Of a DNA stretch of 64,000 bases, positions 27,405-39,689 are shown in pieces; the stretch's first letter is position 1; every line of letters starts with the position of its first letter. The DNA is from Oculina patagonica. Taxonomy: Eukaryota. The position numbers and the translations under genes are program-made. Where the stretch lies: NCBI RefSeq assembly GCF_052425735.1, contig NC_135758.1, positions 19,406,001 to 19,470,000 of the forward strand, written 5' to 3'. The notes under the pieces were generated by a model. That model was not told the DNA's origin. It did no database searches and worked only from the letters and a program-made list of their open reading frames with translations.

Positions 27405-29125
27405 ATGGCTCCATTTCGCTGGCCTACTGTGGCAAATAATCTTCAGCTGGACACAGAGGTGGCAGCAAGGCGACCGAATTCTCCTTCGGATTGGGAAGTG
27501 ATCGCTGTAGTCCTCAGCCAAGCCTTCTCCACTGATGATGATAACCAAGTGGAATTGACAGGAAGGGCTTGCCGAGAGCGAATGGACAGACTCTTCACCA
27601 AATACAACGAGGAGGACAAAAAATCACTGAAAAAGTAAGCTTTGTATGACTAAAACCTGGTTTGAGTGTTTGCATGTGTGTCTATTGATTTTAAAATCCA
27701 ACAAAATCGTGAATCCTTGCCTTGTCAGACAGCCATCATTTCACAGCTTCGTCACTGTTCATAACTTACATAAATTATTTCCTATTTCCTATTTTGATAC
27801 ACATGCACACAAGTATATGTGCAGTTAACTGAATTTAATTATTGCTTCTCAAATTATTTATGTTTGCTATAAACATCAGCCTCACTTTGCCCTCTTGCTA
27901 TTCGCTGTGTACTACGTAATATTAGAGGGAAATGATTTTTTTTTACTAAGGAAACATGACAAGACATGTATCCCCAAACAAATGGCCCACAAACCAAGTT
28001 TTTAATATAAAATGTGCCATTTTGTTGTTGTTTTTGGCTGAAGTTCGTCATTAAATTATAATTTTATTTTCTAATTTACCTGGTGATCAGGTCTGGAACC
28101 GAAGAAGAATACAGCAACCTTATGAAGCTTTTGGAGGACATCTCCACTTACCAAAGGGACGTGCAGGACCAAAAAAAAAAAAGAAAAAAGAAAACAAAAA
28201 AAAGAAGGAAAAAGAGGACAAGCAAAAAGCCATGGAAATGCGTGCAGCTGCCCTTAATGGAATAGCAAGTAGGCATTTTCTATTCTGTATTTTCAGTGTA
28301 TAATAATGCCCTCTCCTGATGGTAGATAGTAAAACCCTCACTTATGTAACATATTTTGTAAATTGCTCTAGAGAGGAGGAACAGTGTCATGGAAAGTGAG
28401 GATGATAGCAGTAGTAGCTCTGGAGAAGGTTCTGACACCACCATTGCTAGTGCCTGTCCTAGCAGCAGCAAAGGCAAAAAAGGCGAGAGAAACATTGGAG
28501 GTTACTCATGCAAACAGCTAAAGAAATACCCGATTCCCTCTATAGCGCGCGCCTGCAGGGAATCACGGTAGTTGTATTCATCAAACCATGCGCGAGACTC
28601 AGCAACGTGTATCGCTGCTGAGTCTCGCGCAGGGTTTGATGAATAAACTACCGTGATTCCCTGCAGGCGCGCGCTATAGAGGGAATCGGGTATTCCTGTC
28701 TCGATGGCCATGTTTGTCAGCCATAACTTATGAAAATTATACACATTAATTTAGGGGAGCTGCTTTATTTTGCAGGCTTTAAGAAATTTGGTATTATGGT
28801 GTAAAAGTCATATTGAATAATAGTGATTAATAGTGAAAATGTTTGCAACAAACAGACTTTTCAGCTTTTCCATTGATTTTTTTGCTGTATAGGGCCTAGA
28901 AAGAAAATTCAGCATAGAGCAACCAAGCAGTCAGCAATGGAAATGCTCGCAAACAAATACAACCAGAAAGCTGAGCTCAAAGAAAAAGAACTTGAGTTAA
29001 GGAAGATGGAACTAGAGTTTCAACAGAAGAAGTATGAGGCAGAGGCTGAAGAAAGGAAGGCTAAGATACATCTTGAGCTGGAGGAAAGGAAGGCCATGTT
29101 AGCACTTCTTAAGGACAGGCTTTAG
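27405..29125 (+). pseudogene. Harbinger partner protein (Myb/SANT-like DNA-binding domain plus C-terminal coiled coil)
   Basis: Exons ~27405-27634 (MAPFRW...DWEVIA...TGRACRERMDRL), ~28091-28268 (SGTEEEY..LLEDI; frame slips in an A-run), ~28371-28500 and ~28892-29125 (ELELRKMELEFQQKKYE). Confidence 0.75.
28525..28694. mobile_element. Near-perfect palindromic MITE nested in an intron of the partner gene
   Basis: TA|CCCGATTCCCTCTATAGCGCGCGCCTGCAGGG...CCCTGCAGGCGCGCGCTATAGAGGGAATCGGG|TA. Confidence 0.85.
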
Positions 29126-29891
29126 CTTTCATATGTGTGATTTCTCATTGCTGAGTGCTGAGTTGTCCAGGTTTTCTTCATGCTTGCTAACATACAATCC
29201 TTTACAATAATCCAACAAATGAGAACATACAAGTCTGCTCCATTTTTGTTTTGGGGAGAATTTAGGTCAAATGAAGTGCGGTTAATTTTGGCCCATTTTT
29301 AGTAGCATTTCTACTGATAAAAGAATCTCTATTTTTGAAGAAGTTTGTATTACTTTTACTTGGTATTTATTGTGTAACACATTTTATATGAAAGACAACA
29401 AAGAGATATTTATATTTAAATAGTTAACCTTAAGGACTTACAGGTCTTGAAAAGTTGTGATAAATAAATTTGGCCTTAACTGGTATATCCTGTACATGTA
29501 TACTGACCACATTGCTATTGCATTTTCCACAATTATGTAATTAACAACTACCTAGACCTCAAGTACAGTACCACATGAAGTGGAAACATATATTGGCATG
29601 AATGAAATATCTTTAGTTTTCAAAAAAACTGCTCATTTAAAAAAGTTGCTTACAGCAATCAGTAATTCATTGTTTCCAGTATATTGTTTGCTAGAAAAAT
29701 GTATCCATTTGAAATGGTCTGGAAGCAACAAATCATTCACTGTCAAAAAAGTAACTTTTTTAATCAGAGCACATCGAGGCATTATATTTTTACAGCCTGA
29801 TTTAAACATTTACAATATTGAGCTGTAGTCTTTTCAAGAGTTATGAAACTAGTCAGTTGTGCAAATGAGTAACAAGAACCAGTTTTTAAGG

Positions 29892-31602
29892 TTATCCTTG
29901 GAGGTGATAAATAAAACCTTGGACTAACGATTCGAGAGATAATTCTCCAATAAGGGGGGGTTCCAAGTCAAAATAAGTGCTGGTTTGAGAGCCATACAAA
30001 CAAGTGTGACAGTTAGTCAAAATAGTAGCCACTAAGTAGTATTTGGCAACAGGCTGCAGCAGGACTTTCAAATTTTTTTTGAAATCTAAAAAGGCAAAAT
30101 TTTGGCAAATTTTGCCAAAACCCCACTCTACACTCACTCTTAATTTACTCATCCGGGCATTAAATTCCTGCTGATCATCTGTTAAATTTGCCCCCCTAAA
30201 TGGGGATAGAATATTGAGTGCAAGCCCATATGCAGGATCACCATAGATTACATATGGCTCCCCACTTGGCCTTTGAAATCTTCGCAGTTTGGTAGCCAGA
30301 CCACTTGCACCCAGCATAAATGCGTCATGCCTCCTGCCTTCTATTGGCCCAAACATATGGGCTATTAGCCCATTGGGGGCTTGGACTGACTGTAAAAAAA
30401 AAATAAATAGAGTCACACTCATGTTTACTTGATTTTTTCGATTAAACAAATATGCTATATGTATTGATTGATTTAAATGAATTCATTCAATGATATGTTT
30501 GTTTTCATCTACTCTGACTCTGTTACAGTGTCATAAAGTTTCAATTTTAAGCATCTGGGAGAAGGAGCAGGGTATAGGTGGAGTCATGATCATAAATCAA
30601 CCTTTCACAGGGATGAACATCAATGAAAATCTAGAACATAATTTTTCATGCACTTCCTTAAGCTTCATCAATATATTGGTAAATGCATTATGATACCTGG
30701 AATTTTATACAGTGAGTTCTTTTATGGCCACTATACATGATATGCTGACTGCGGGTTGGGCGGGCAATAGGCCTCGGAGTGCCGTCAATAAATCCCCAGC
30801 ACTGTTCCAGAGGAGCACCTTTTGGGTGTATAGTTTATGAAAAAAGTTCTGGATCAAGCCATACAAGATCTAAAGTATCAAGCAGATTACTGAAGCGATC
30901 AAGAAGGTCATCGACAATCTAGAAAAGAATCGATCATATTATGATTATTTACAGTTGTTGTAAGTCATTCAAATATGATTAACAGTGTATTTTCTGATTG
31001 CAATAAATCACCTTTTAAAAATAAGACTAAGTTCAGACTCGGTTCTTCCAAAAATTGTCACTAGGTCACACCATCTATTAGGATACGCAAGTCTTCTCAA
31101 GAGTATCATGAGTGCTTCCATCCCGGTTGCATTGGTTCTTTGACTACAAATATAGTATTCAGGTATTTCCAGCGCATCGAGGAGGCGTGGCATATCATCT
31201 TTTTGAAACCTAAAGAACACGAGCAGAAACAACAACAACAACCAATAATGAATTTTTAAAGAAAACGTGCGCGAAAAATAAGTGGCATCAGCTCACATAC
31301 CTAAACATCCGTTCGCACTGGTCTTCGCTAACATCCTCGAGGTTAAGTTTCGGGACGTTATCACCACCGGTTTTCAAAGGAAACAAAAAACCAAATAAAA
31401 GTAAATCGAGGTCATCTTCATCGCTGCTTGAACTGTCGTCTGAATCATCGTAAAACATAACGGTCATGATGTCATTTAAATTCCGCCTGTTGAAAAAAGT
31501 CGTAGTTAGTTTATACTGTTATTTTTGTTTTAAAAAACGCATATTTTAAGCATGAATCCTATAAAAAACCTTCAGGCCAACGTACCTTGCTGCAGCCGCC
31601 AT
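29892..31602 (-). pseudogene. HARBI1-like DDE transposase (DDE_Tnp_4 type), inactivated
   Basis: Exons 31602-31586, 31486-31301, 31209-31012, 30918-30697 and 30389-~29900; motifs LRRLAYPNRW, CWGFIDGT, YSGHKR.H..KFQ, GRRHDA, YGDPAY, RVSVEWGFG; in-frame TAA at 30837-30835 and a phase mismatch at the end of exon 3. Confidence 0.9.
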
Positions 31603-32377
31603 TTTCCTTCAGATTACCCAGATTTTTGCCGTCACTTACGAAAACGCCAAGCTAAAAGCCCAAAACCAACTGTACCTCAAATGGCAAACGCCTAACCGCA
31701 AACTGCAGTTTGCGGTTCGCCGTTCTCGGAAAAAACCTGGTGCTAAATGTCTCTATTGCCTAAGAAATAACTGGTAAGTTGATTTTGCGGATTAAGTGTC
31801 AGGTGAAGTAATGATCCTTGATCACAAACTTGTATTTGCAATTATTTGCAATTAAAAATATAATTTTCAAAAATGAAAAGCAGGTTAACTGAGCGTTCGA
31901 GCCAAGTGGCCCATCTGGCCGTCGCTTCAATATCACAAAAAGCCTGGAAAAAGTTAAAAGAGAGAACTGGAAATTGTTGCGGTTTCCATACGTAGCGTAC
32001 GAAGGAGTAGGACTCGGCTGCTTGGCTGGGGTGAAGGGATTTCAGAGTTTAGGAACGAGCCTTGATACGACGCAATAAAAATGAATGTGATTGCAACGTA
32101 CGGAAAAGTCCTTGTTTTCTCAGTAACAACAACAACAACAACCTTTAATGTACTCTGTGAGGTCTACTGAGGAAACACGAGTGGGAAGCCAAGGGAGAGA
32201 ATAGCTGCGATTGAAGCGTTGACGAAGATATATCAGCCTTAAAATCAGGGATTCAAAGGAAAAATGAGACGGACGCTTGTTTTGCATCTAGCGAAGACTC
32301 ATCTTTAATCAACATAGAAACTACAATGTTTCTGACAATATTTAATCAAGTAAATAGATTTCTGTCTTGTACAGACA

Positions 32378-32890
32378 TCAGTTCTCCTGCAGTATGCTCA
32401 GCTCAATGTACTTGATGCCCTCTTTCTCTTGCGCCGCCTCTCCATAAATCTCCAAAAACAGGCCGTTGCGGGGATTTAGCTTGTTTTGGTAAGCCATCTC
32501 CCTGCTGAAACCGCCGTCTAGCGGGACGAAACAGGTTCCCCACCGGTCAGACAGGCTTAACTGGATCTCGAACCTTCCTGGGTAATACTGAGTCTCGGAT
32601 GGTTTCGGGAAAGCAGCATCGAGATGTTGATCGTTTAAGGTTGTGCCACTGGATCCTTCGATTCCACGACAAGGAGCGTGGTCTTTGTAGTTGTTCTTAT
32701 CCATTGTCATCCAACCAATAAAGCGTTGGCCATCAGAAACCCCGAATGATGGATCGCTTTCTCCTTGGCCGAATGTTGTTTCCAAGGCAACCGCCATCTT
32801 GATGACAAGGTTGGCATTTGTATCGATGACTCCTGGCGGAATCAGTGGAACGATCATCAGTCGATAGTAGGTACTTGGAGCGCTGAGGAA
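32378..32890 (-). pseudogene. 5'-truncated array copy (psi)
   Basis: Core homology (FLSAPSTYYRL...ILQEN*) begins abruptly at 32890. Acceptor and leader are missing, and the flank is the spacer normally found downstream of the next gene. Confidence 0.85.
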
Positions 32891-32912
32891 GGATCTTAGT
32901 AATGAAGAAATA

Positions 32913-33481
32913 CCGTATTTTCTCGAATAAACGCCGGGGGCGTTTATTTAAAACTTGGCCTCAGAGACCCGGCGTTTATTTGAAGCCGGCCTTTGATCGG
33001 GGTCCGGCGTTTATTTATGAAGTAAAATTTTCAATCATTTTTGAGTTAAGGCTAAAACAACTGATTAACAATCGCTGGAGGGATCCTAGCGATTTTAGCG
33101 ACAGCGAGCACTACAACAAAAGAAAGAGAGTGCGTCAGTCATAACAAAAAGAGCATGCCAGAACATTGACTAACATTGCTATATTTTCAATTTTGTGTTG
33201 TTGTACGTCATAAACCGCAGTTAATGTTACGCCAGAGTTGTTCGTAAAGCATTTATTAAAATAACAAAAACCGTATACCATATAGTACGTGTCATAGCAG
33301 TGCTTTTCTAGCGAATATCTTCACTTATTGGATCGACGCAAATAAACGCCGGGACCTCGATTAAACGCCGGGACCCCGAATAAACGCCGGGGGCGTTTAT
33401 TTAAAACTTGGCCTCAGGGACCCGGCGTTTATTTGAAGCCGGCGCTTAATCGGGGTCCGGCGTTTATTCGAGAAAATACGG
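32913..33481. mobile_element. Tc1/mariner-pogo-like MITE
   Basis: TA|CCGTATTTTCTCGAATAAACGCC...GGCGTTTATTCGAGAAAATACGG|TA. Confidence 0.9.
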
Positions 33482-33536
33482 TAACTAAGAAAGTAATACG
33501 ATACAAAAATTTAATACTGTTGTCACGCAACTGTTT

Positions 33537-34280
33537 CAGGGGGGGGGGGGGGGGGATAGAAACGAGGTCTGGGACCGGATAGCAATGTTCTCACAACTTG
33601 CAACGCGATCAATTCACGATCTAGTCAGTGGGTTTTGGTCGGTGATGCAGCAGGCCATCTTTTCCCGCGAAATGAAAGCTATGGCAATCACAACTACGAT
33701 GCTGTGGATTCAGTGATTGTAAAGGGGTGACAACTATCTTCACTAAAAATCTGTTTTTATCCCAAAATTTCGTCATCACTGTGTAGTTATAAAGATGCAT
33801 AATTTTGTGAAGTTGTGTTACTTTTTAGCACTGAAATGCAAATGATTGTACAACGATTTTCAACCCACGTGGGGATCGCAAATGAGGTAAAACAAAGAAC
33901 GACCAAGTCAACAAACAACCTCGAAACAATAGAGAAAGAACAAAAGCCCCGACCGGCACGAGAAAATTCGATCGCCACGTTTTCATTACCATTTCCTTGA
34001 TGGATTTATTTGATAACAAACACGTTGACAACAAGAACCTTTCCGGGACATTTTCGCTGCTTTAAAGACACAACTTAGAAAACTTCTTTTACTACTAAAA
34101 AAATAACCGAACTCTCCCACTGGGCCAATGTTGTTGTTATTGTTGAGGCAAGTTCAGAATGAGAGGAGCTGCCCATGCGCCTTAGAGACATCCGCTGACT
34201 GATTGCTTTGCAAGTGGGGAGAACATCATTCAGATTTCATATAAGAGAATGTATGGGAAGTTGCTCCCCCCCCCCCCCTG
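33537..34280. mobile_element. hAT-like non-autonomous element
   Basis: CAGGGGGG...CCCCCCTG termini with 8-bp TSD AACTGTTT; the empty site (cacgaaactgtttact) is visible in paralogous spacers, e.g. 23387-23402. Confidence 0.9.
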
Positions 34281-35013
34281 AACTGTTTACTTTACTTAGT
34301 CAATGTGTATATGAATAATACAAATATGATTGTGCAAAGTGAGGTAACAATCCTTGTAATTATATTTGTATTTAATTGAATTTCAATGAATCCTGACAGA
34401 GAAAAAAAAAACAAGAAGAAAAAGAAGAAAATTTTTTTCAGACTTCACGACAAGACTTGAAAATGAGAGATATTGTTCCGGTTTCCACCTGAACGTACGT
34501 CATGTATGGGGACACATACATCCTACCAAAGAGTTTAAACGAAGAGCGTCCTCTGGGCACGAAAATGAGTGTGAAAGACAAGAAGAACACGGCTGCCACT
34601 CATTCTGCGTCAGTGGGCGTAGCGACCATATTGTCATGGCATCTCACATTTCTTCGAAAAACCATGGGAACGAAGTGGGGACGAAGTAAAGGACCTCTGA
34701 GAACTAATTTGAATATTCGTCATGTCGCTTAGCAACTTCCCTGCCAAAAATCGTGGGCTCAGTCACCCGGAAGTCAGTAAAGATTGGAAAAGGAGGAAAC
34801 CACAAACTTTACAGAGACAAGGGGAAGAAAAGGGAGGAGTTGGGTTTTGCACAAGGAGTCTGTTATTTTTTTAAACAAAACAAAATGATCACGGGACGCT
34901 TGGTTTTGCTTCTAGTAAAGATTCATCTTTAATCAGAAGAAACTACAGTGCTCTGAACAATGCTCAATCAAGCGAACAAATGTTTCATTCGTAGTGGCCG
35001 TAAGAGACATCGA

Positions 35014-36505
35014 TCAGTTCTCCTGCAGGATGCTCAGCTCAATGTACTTGATGCCTTCTTTTTCTTGCGCCGCATCGCCATAAATTTCCAGAAACAGGCC
35101 GTTGCGGTGATTTAACTTGTTCGTGTAAACCATCTCCCTGCTGAAACCACCGTCTAGCGGGGTGAAACAGGTTCCCCACCGGTCAGACAGGCTTAACTGG
35201 ATCTCGAACCTTCCTGGGTAATAAGACTCGGATGGTTTCGGGAGGGTAGCATCGCGGTACCGACTGCCCAAAGTTGTGCCACTGGATCCTTCGTAACCAA
35301 GACAGGGTGCATGATCTATGTAGTTGTTCTTATCCAGTGTCATCCAACCAATAAAATGATGACCATCAGAAACACCGAATGACGGATCGCTTTCTCCTTG
35401 GCCAAATGTGGTTTCTAAACCAACCACCATCTTAACGACAAGTTTCGCATTTGTATCGATGACTCCTGGCGGAATCAGTGGAACGATCATCAGCCGATAG
35501 TAGGTACTGGGAGCGCTGAGGAACGTGAGTAGTCGAGGAGTGATGGAATTATGGTGATGGATGAAGGTAGCAGCTGAAGCAAGCTTCACAGGTGTGAAGA
35601 ATTTGTAAAACACAAGCTGGGTAAAATAAAACATGTAAGTGTTACAGCAAATTAACATCAATCCACTATATTAATTTACTTTCAACCTAAGGAAGCTCGA
35701 TATAGTTTTTTTTAGCCCTAGGGTGGTAGTTTTGAAAATGAAAATTATCTAGAAAGCCATTATTCGATTTTTACCAAAATACACCATAATGATCAAATAT
35801 GACCAAAGTTTCATTTTTTAATGGTCACTTAGTCACAAAGGTTACCATAACAACGGTTGTCGTTTTCTTTTGTTTTCAAACAAGCCAGATTTTCTCGGGC
35901 CATTTTGTAGTCAAAGATTGCATGAGCACAAAATAACGGCAAAAGGAAACGTAAGAAACGATGGATAGTTGTCGTCTTACCTTGCTTCCCCCAGAAACAA
36001 ATTTGTCTCGTTGGTTTTCGGAACTCTGGTCGTCTGCCAAAGAGGAAGCCTAAGACACAGCACTTCTGTTAGACTATGGTTATAATTCAGTTCAAGTTCG
36101 AATGAATATTGTACCGTGAAAATAGAGAATCGAACCATATTACCCGCTGATCGCTGCAAATTGTTTTCCGTGAAACTGTTTTTTTTTTTACTTTATTTCC
36201 GATCGCGTTTGGGTAAAACGACTGTATTTTAATTAAAGAAAAATCTGTAAAAAGAAACTAATCTTAGGACTTTAAGAAAGGGAAAGACAGATCTAGATTC
36301 CTTAAGTTCATGAGACATTCGTTTTCTTTAATTTGCTTCTCCCTAAGACAAGTTTTCAAGCATCATTGGGAGTAGTGCATATTTGTTCTGGGATAAAAAA
36401 AGGTCGAGTATCAGAAAATTAAATTAGGCGTGAATGACACTAATGGCACATAATTGTACTTACTAGTAAAATCACGAGCATCACAGCACAGCTCTTTAGC
36501 ATCAT
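35014..36505 (-). CDS. Secreted array protein, copy B2 (237 aa)
   Basis: Exon 1 36505-36464 MMLKSCAVMLVILL (CTA|GTAAGT); exon 2 36049-35981 ASSLADDQSSENQRDKFVSGGSK (AAG|GTAAGA); exon 3 35616-35014; all phase 0. Confidence 0.85.
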
Positions 36506-38761
36506 GGCGAACGTTGTTGTTTTTAGTTGATCGCTTAAATGAATGAAGAAGTCAGTATAAGTGAGAGAACCTGCTTTCTTGTGTTAAAATACAGCTCTTT
36601 CTACAACGAAAGGTATTTGTCGTGCCTGAACTTCTCGACAACTCAACAGACTGATTGATTCAGCCGCTTATATTCCTCACTAATGCTAAAGTGCATGTGC
36701 ATTCTGCAACCTGATTGGTTAAACAGCATGCCAAATATTGACTATAGTAACAGTTTACAGCTGTTTCGTGTGTTCATGCATGATCCTTTCAACAAGCTTT
36801 TAGATATAAAGATAATCGCAGAAATTGACAATCTGATATCGCTTCATTTAAGTGCTACTATAATGGAATTCGTGTCTTTCCTATCTAGGCCATTTTAAAA
36901 CACTAACAAGAAGTTTGTATGGGAAGAAAAATGCCATTTACTGTTTTCAAATCTCTCTCTTTTCTTTCCAGAGATATTCAAGTTTATAAAATATGCAAAT
37001 AAGCAAAGCGATGACGTCATAGACTCAACCGAACTTTGATGAAATATGAAGAAAGAGATATCTCAACTATTTTTCATCAGAAATGGATTCATTGTAGTAA
37101 TAATTTTGTTACCATGGCAATATGCTGGTTTCCAGATCCCCCGATGCTAAAAGCTTTTCTGGCCAATTTAAGCGTTTCATTTTAATATTTGCCAGTGATG
37201 CCTTATATACATGATCTGGCAGTCCTATAAATGGGTTAGGTAGATGTCTTGGCCAGGTTTCTTTTTGCCGAACTGAATGAATTACTAAAATATTGGGAAC
37301 AGAGTATTTTTAACTGTAAGTGTGTCACTTGTAAAACTATTAGTCTGCCAAGTTTCAATGGTCTCTGCAGTAAATTGACTACGATAACTCTATTTTTATA
37401 CTTGACATAAAACTGGGTTGAGTAGATGACGTTATCAGTCCCCTAATTTGCAAATTTTACAATCTTTTAAAGCTTAAATATCTCCGGAACTAAAACAGAT
37501 ATTTGAAAAAGGAAAACGCCATTTGAATCTTTCGTTGAATTCTCTATGATACGCCTAAAATTACTTTCTCGACACTTTCGGCTCTTGTTTCAACAGTTGT
37601 TTTGGTGTTCATGCATGATCATTTTAACAAGTTTAAAGATATAAAGATAATCACAGAAATTGACAATCTGATATCGTTTCATAAGCGTTCACTTTCGCGA
37701 CACTTTCGGCTCTTGCTACAATATTTTTTCTGTGAACTGTCATGAGCCGTTTACTAGCAAGCTTCACTAGTCGTGCACTAGCTAGATGTAAGGATTATCG
37801 TGAGAGATCAACAATGCAACATTACTGCTTTAAGATTCACAGTCGGCAGTTGTTTTCACATTTATTTCGCGGTATCATAAACATTTAATTTAGCAAGCTT
37901 TTAGGTATGAAGATAGTGGAAATTGATAATGGAAGTTACTCCATCGCCTGCACACCCCTCCCCTAAGCCTCCATCCCTCCCACAATTCCCGGCCATTTGA
38001 GGGGTCCCATTTCACTCACAGTTCCTTCTAGTTTTGAAAATCATAAATGACTTTTTCTGAGATTTTAAAGAAATCGGACAACATCTTGTGTTAAGGCAGC
38101 TCTTTCTACACGAAATGTATCTGTCGTGCCTGCACTTTCCAACAGCTAGCTCAAGTGATTGTTTCAGCTTATATTCCTTACTAATGCTGAAGTGCATGCA
38201 TTCTACAGCCTCATTGGTCAAACAGCATGTCAAATGTATTGACTGCAAATGATGAGAGTTGGAACCTGTCTGCCGTGTTAAAAATAATTTGTTCCCAAAG
38301 TTGTTTCGTGTTATTATAAGCTTTTAACATGAACAAGCTTATTATAACGAAAATTGTGAGGAATGAGCAGTCCGAAAAATCACTATTAGCTTTGACATTT
38401 GGCAGTTGTTCACAGTTGTTTCGTATGATCATGCATGATCCTTTTAACAAGCTTTTAGATATAAAGATAATCACAGAAATTGACAAACTGATATCGCTTC
38501 ATTAGCATTCACTTTCTCGGCACTTTTGGCCCTTGTTTCAACAGTTGTTTTGTGAACTGTCAAGAACCGTTATAAACATTTTAACAGGCTTTTAGGTGTG
38601 AAGATAATGGAAGTTGATAATGGGCTACTCCACAGCCTGCACACCCCTTCCCTCAGCCTCTATCCAACCCCCCCCCCCCCCCGGCCATTTGAGGGGTCCC
38701 ATTTCACTCACAGCTTCTTCTCGTTTTGAAAATGACTATTTCTGAGATTTTAAAGAAATCA

Positions 38762-39512
38762 GACCCGTTTCAGACGCCGTACTTCACATGAGCCGAATCG
38801 AATTAGGTTTTTGGGCCGACCTAAATTATTTAGATCGGCTGAATTGATTCAGACGCCGAGATTTATTCAGCCGATTGCCAGCGGTTTTTACGCGAAGTAG
38901 AAAACATGGCGGACGCTGTTAACAAACACTTAAATCGGAGTTTCTTCTGAGAACTATGATGGAGAGGGCGGAAAATAGAAGAAAAAGGATGCAGACTGTA
39001 TTGAATCACATTGTGACGAGAAGGCGACAGCTGATGAGTGTTTGCCTTCTCAGTATGCTTCTGTTGTTTTCTCGAGCAGAAAACGCCACATCCAAATGTG
39101 CTCGTTCTTGCCGAGCATTTATTGCACTTATTGCATATCGGAATCTTGCACTTAATGCAGGAGTATTTTGTAGAGTCAAAGCACGAACTGCACATATCAA
39201 CTTCTTCGCTTAAAGCTTGTTTTGCACTCCAAGCCGCCCTTTTGGATCCTTACATTAACCTTTAGCGCATGCTCTGTGGTAAAAAAAATACATTTTCATA
39301 ATTTATGCGTTTGATTCGGCTCATGTGAAGATCGGCGTTTGAATCAAAGCCGGTCCACAGCTGTTATTCCCGGCTGAGCTAGGCGTGAAGAACGGCTGAG
39401 CCGATCCGAATTCAATCAGCCGTTCCGAATTGATTCAGATGCCGTACCACACATGAACTTAATTGAACTAATTCGATTCGGCCCATGTGAAGTACGGCGT
39501 CTGAAACGGGCC
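38762..39512. mobile_element. PIF/Harbinger-type non-autonomous element
   Basis: TIR G(A/G)CCCGTTTCAGACGCCGTACTTCACATG; 3-bp TSD TCA; absent from the paralogous sites near 22805 and 49975. Confidence 0.9.
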
Positions 39513-39689
39513 TCAGACAACAACTTAATTTTTCTTAAAAGCTTGATTATTTTAAAGTCTTCAACAGCTGTGGAATCAAGTAGTCATGAGTGTTTGTTCC
39601 CAAAGTTGTTTCGTGCTATTATAAGCTTTCAACAATCTTTTTATAAAGACAATCGTGAGAAATGTGCAATCCGAAACAACTGCCATTCA

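Larger units (their letters stand above)
26956..31754. mobile_element. PIF/Harbinger-superfamily (PHIS) transposon, two convergent genes, decayed
   Basis: Inverted subterminal similarity ccaggtttttttgag..gcaaaccgcaaac (26956-26990) versus gtttgcggttcgccgttctcggaaaaaacctgg (31708-31740); right end ...GCTAAATGTCTCT|ATT; left terminal bases eroded; encodes a DDE transposase and a Myb/SANT-like partner. Confidence 0.85.
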
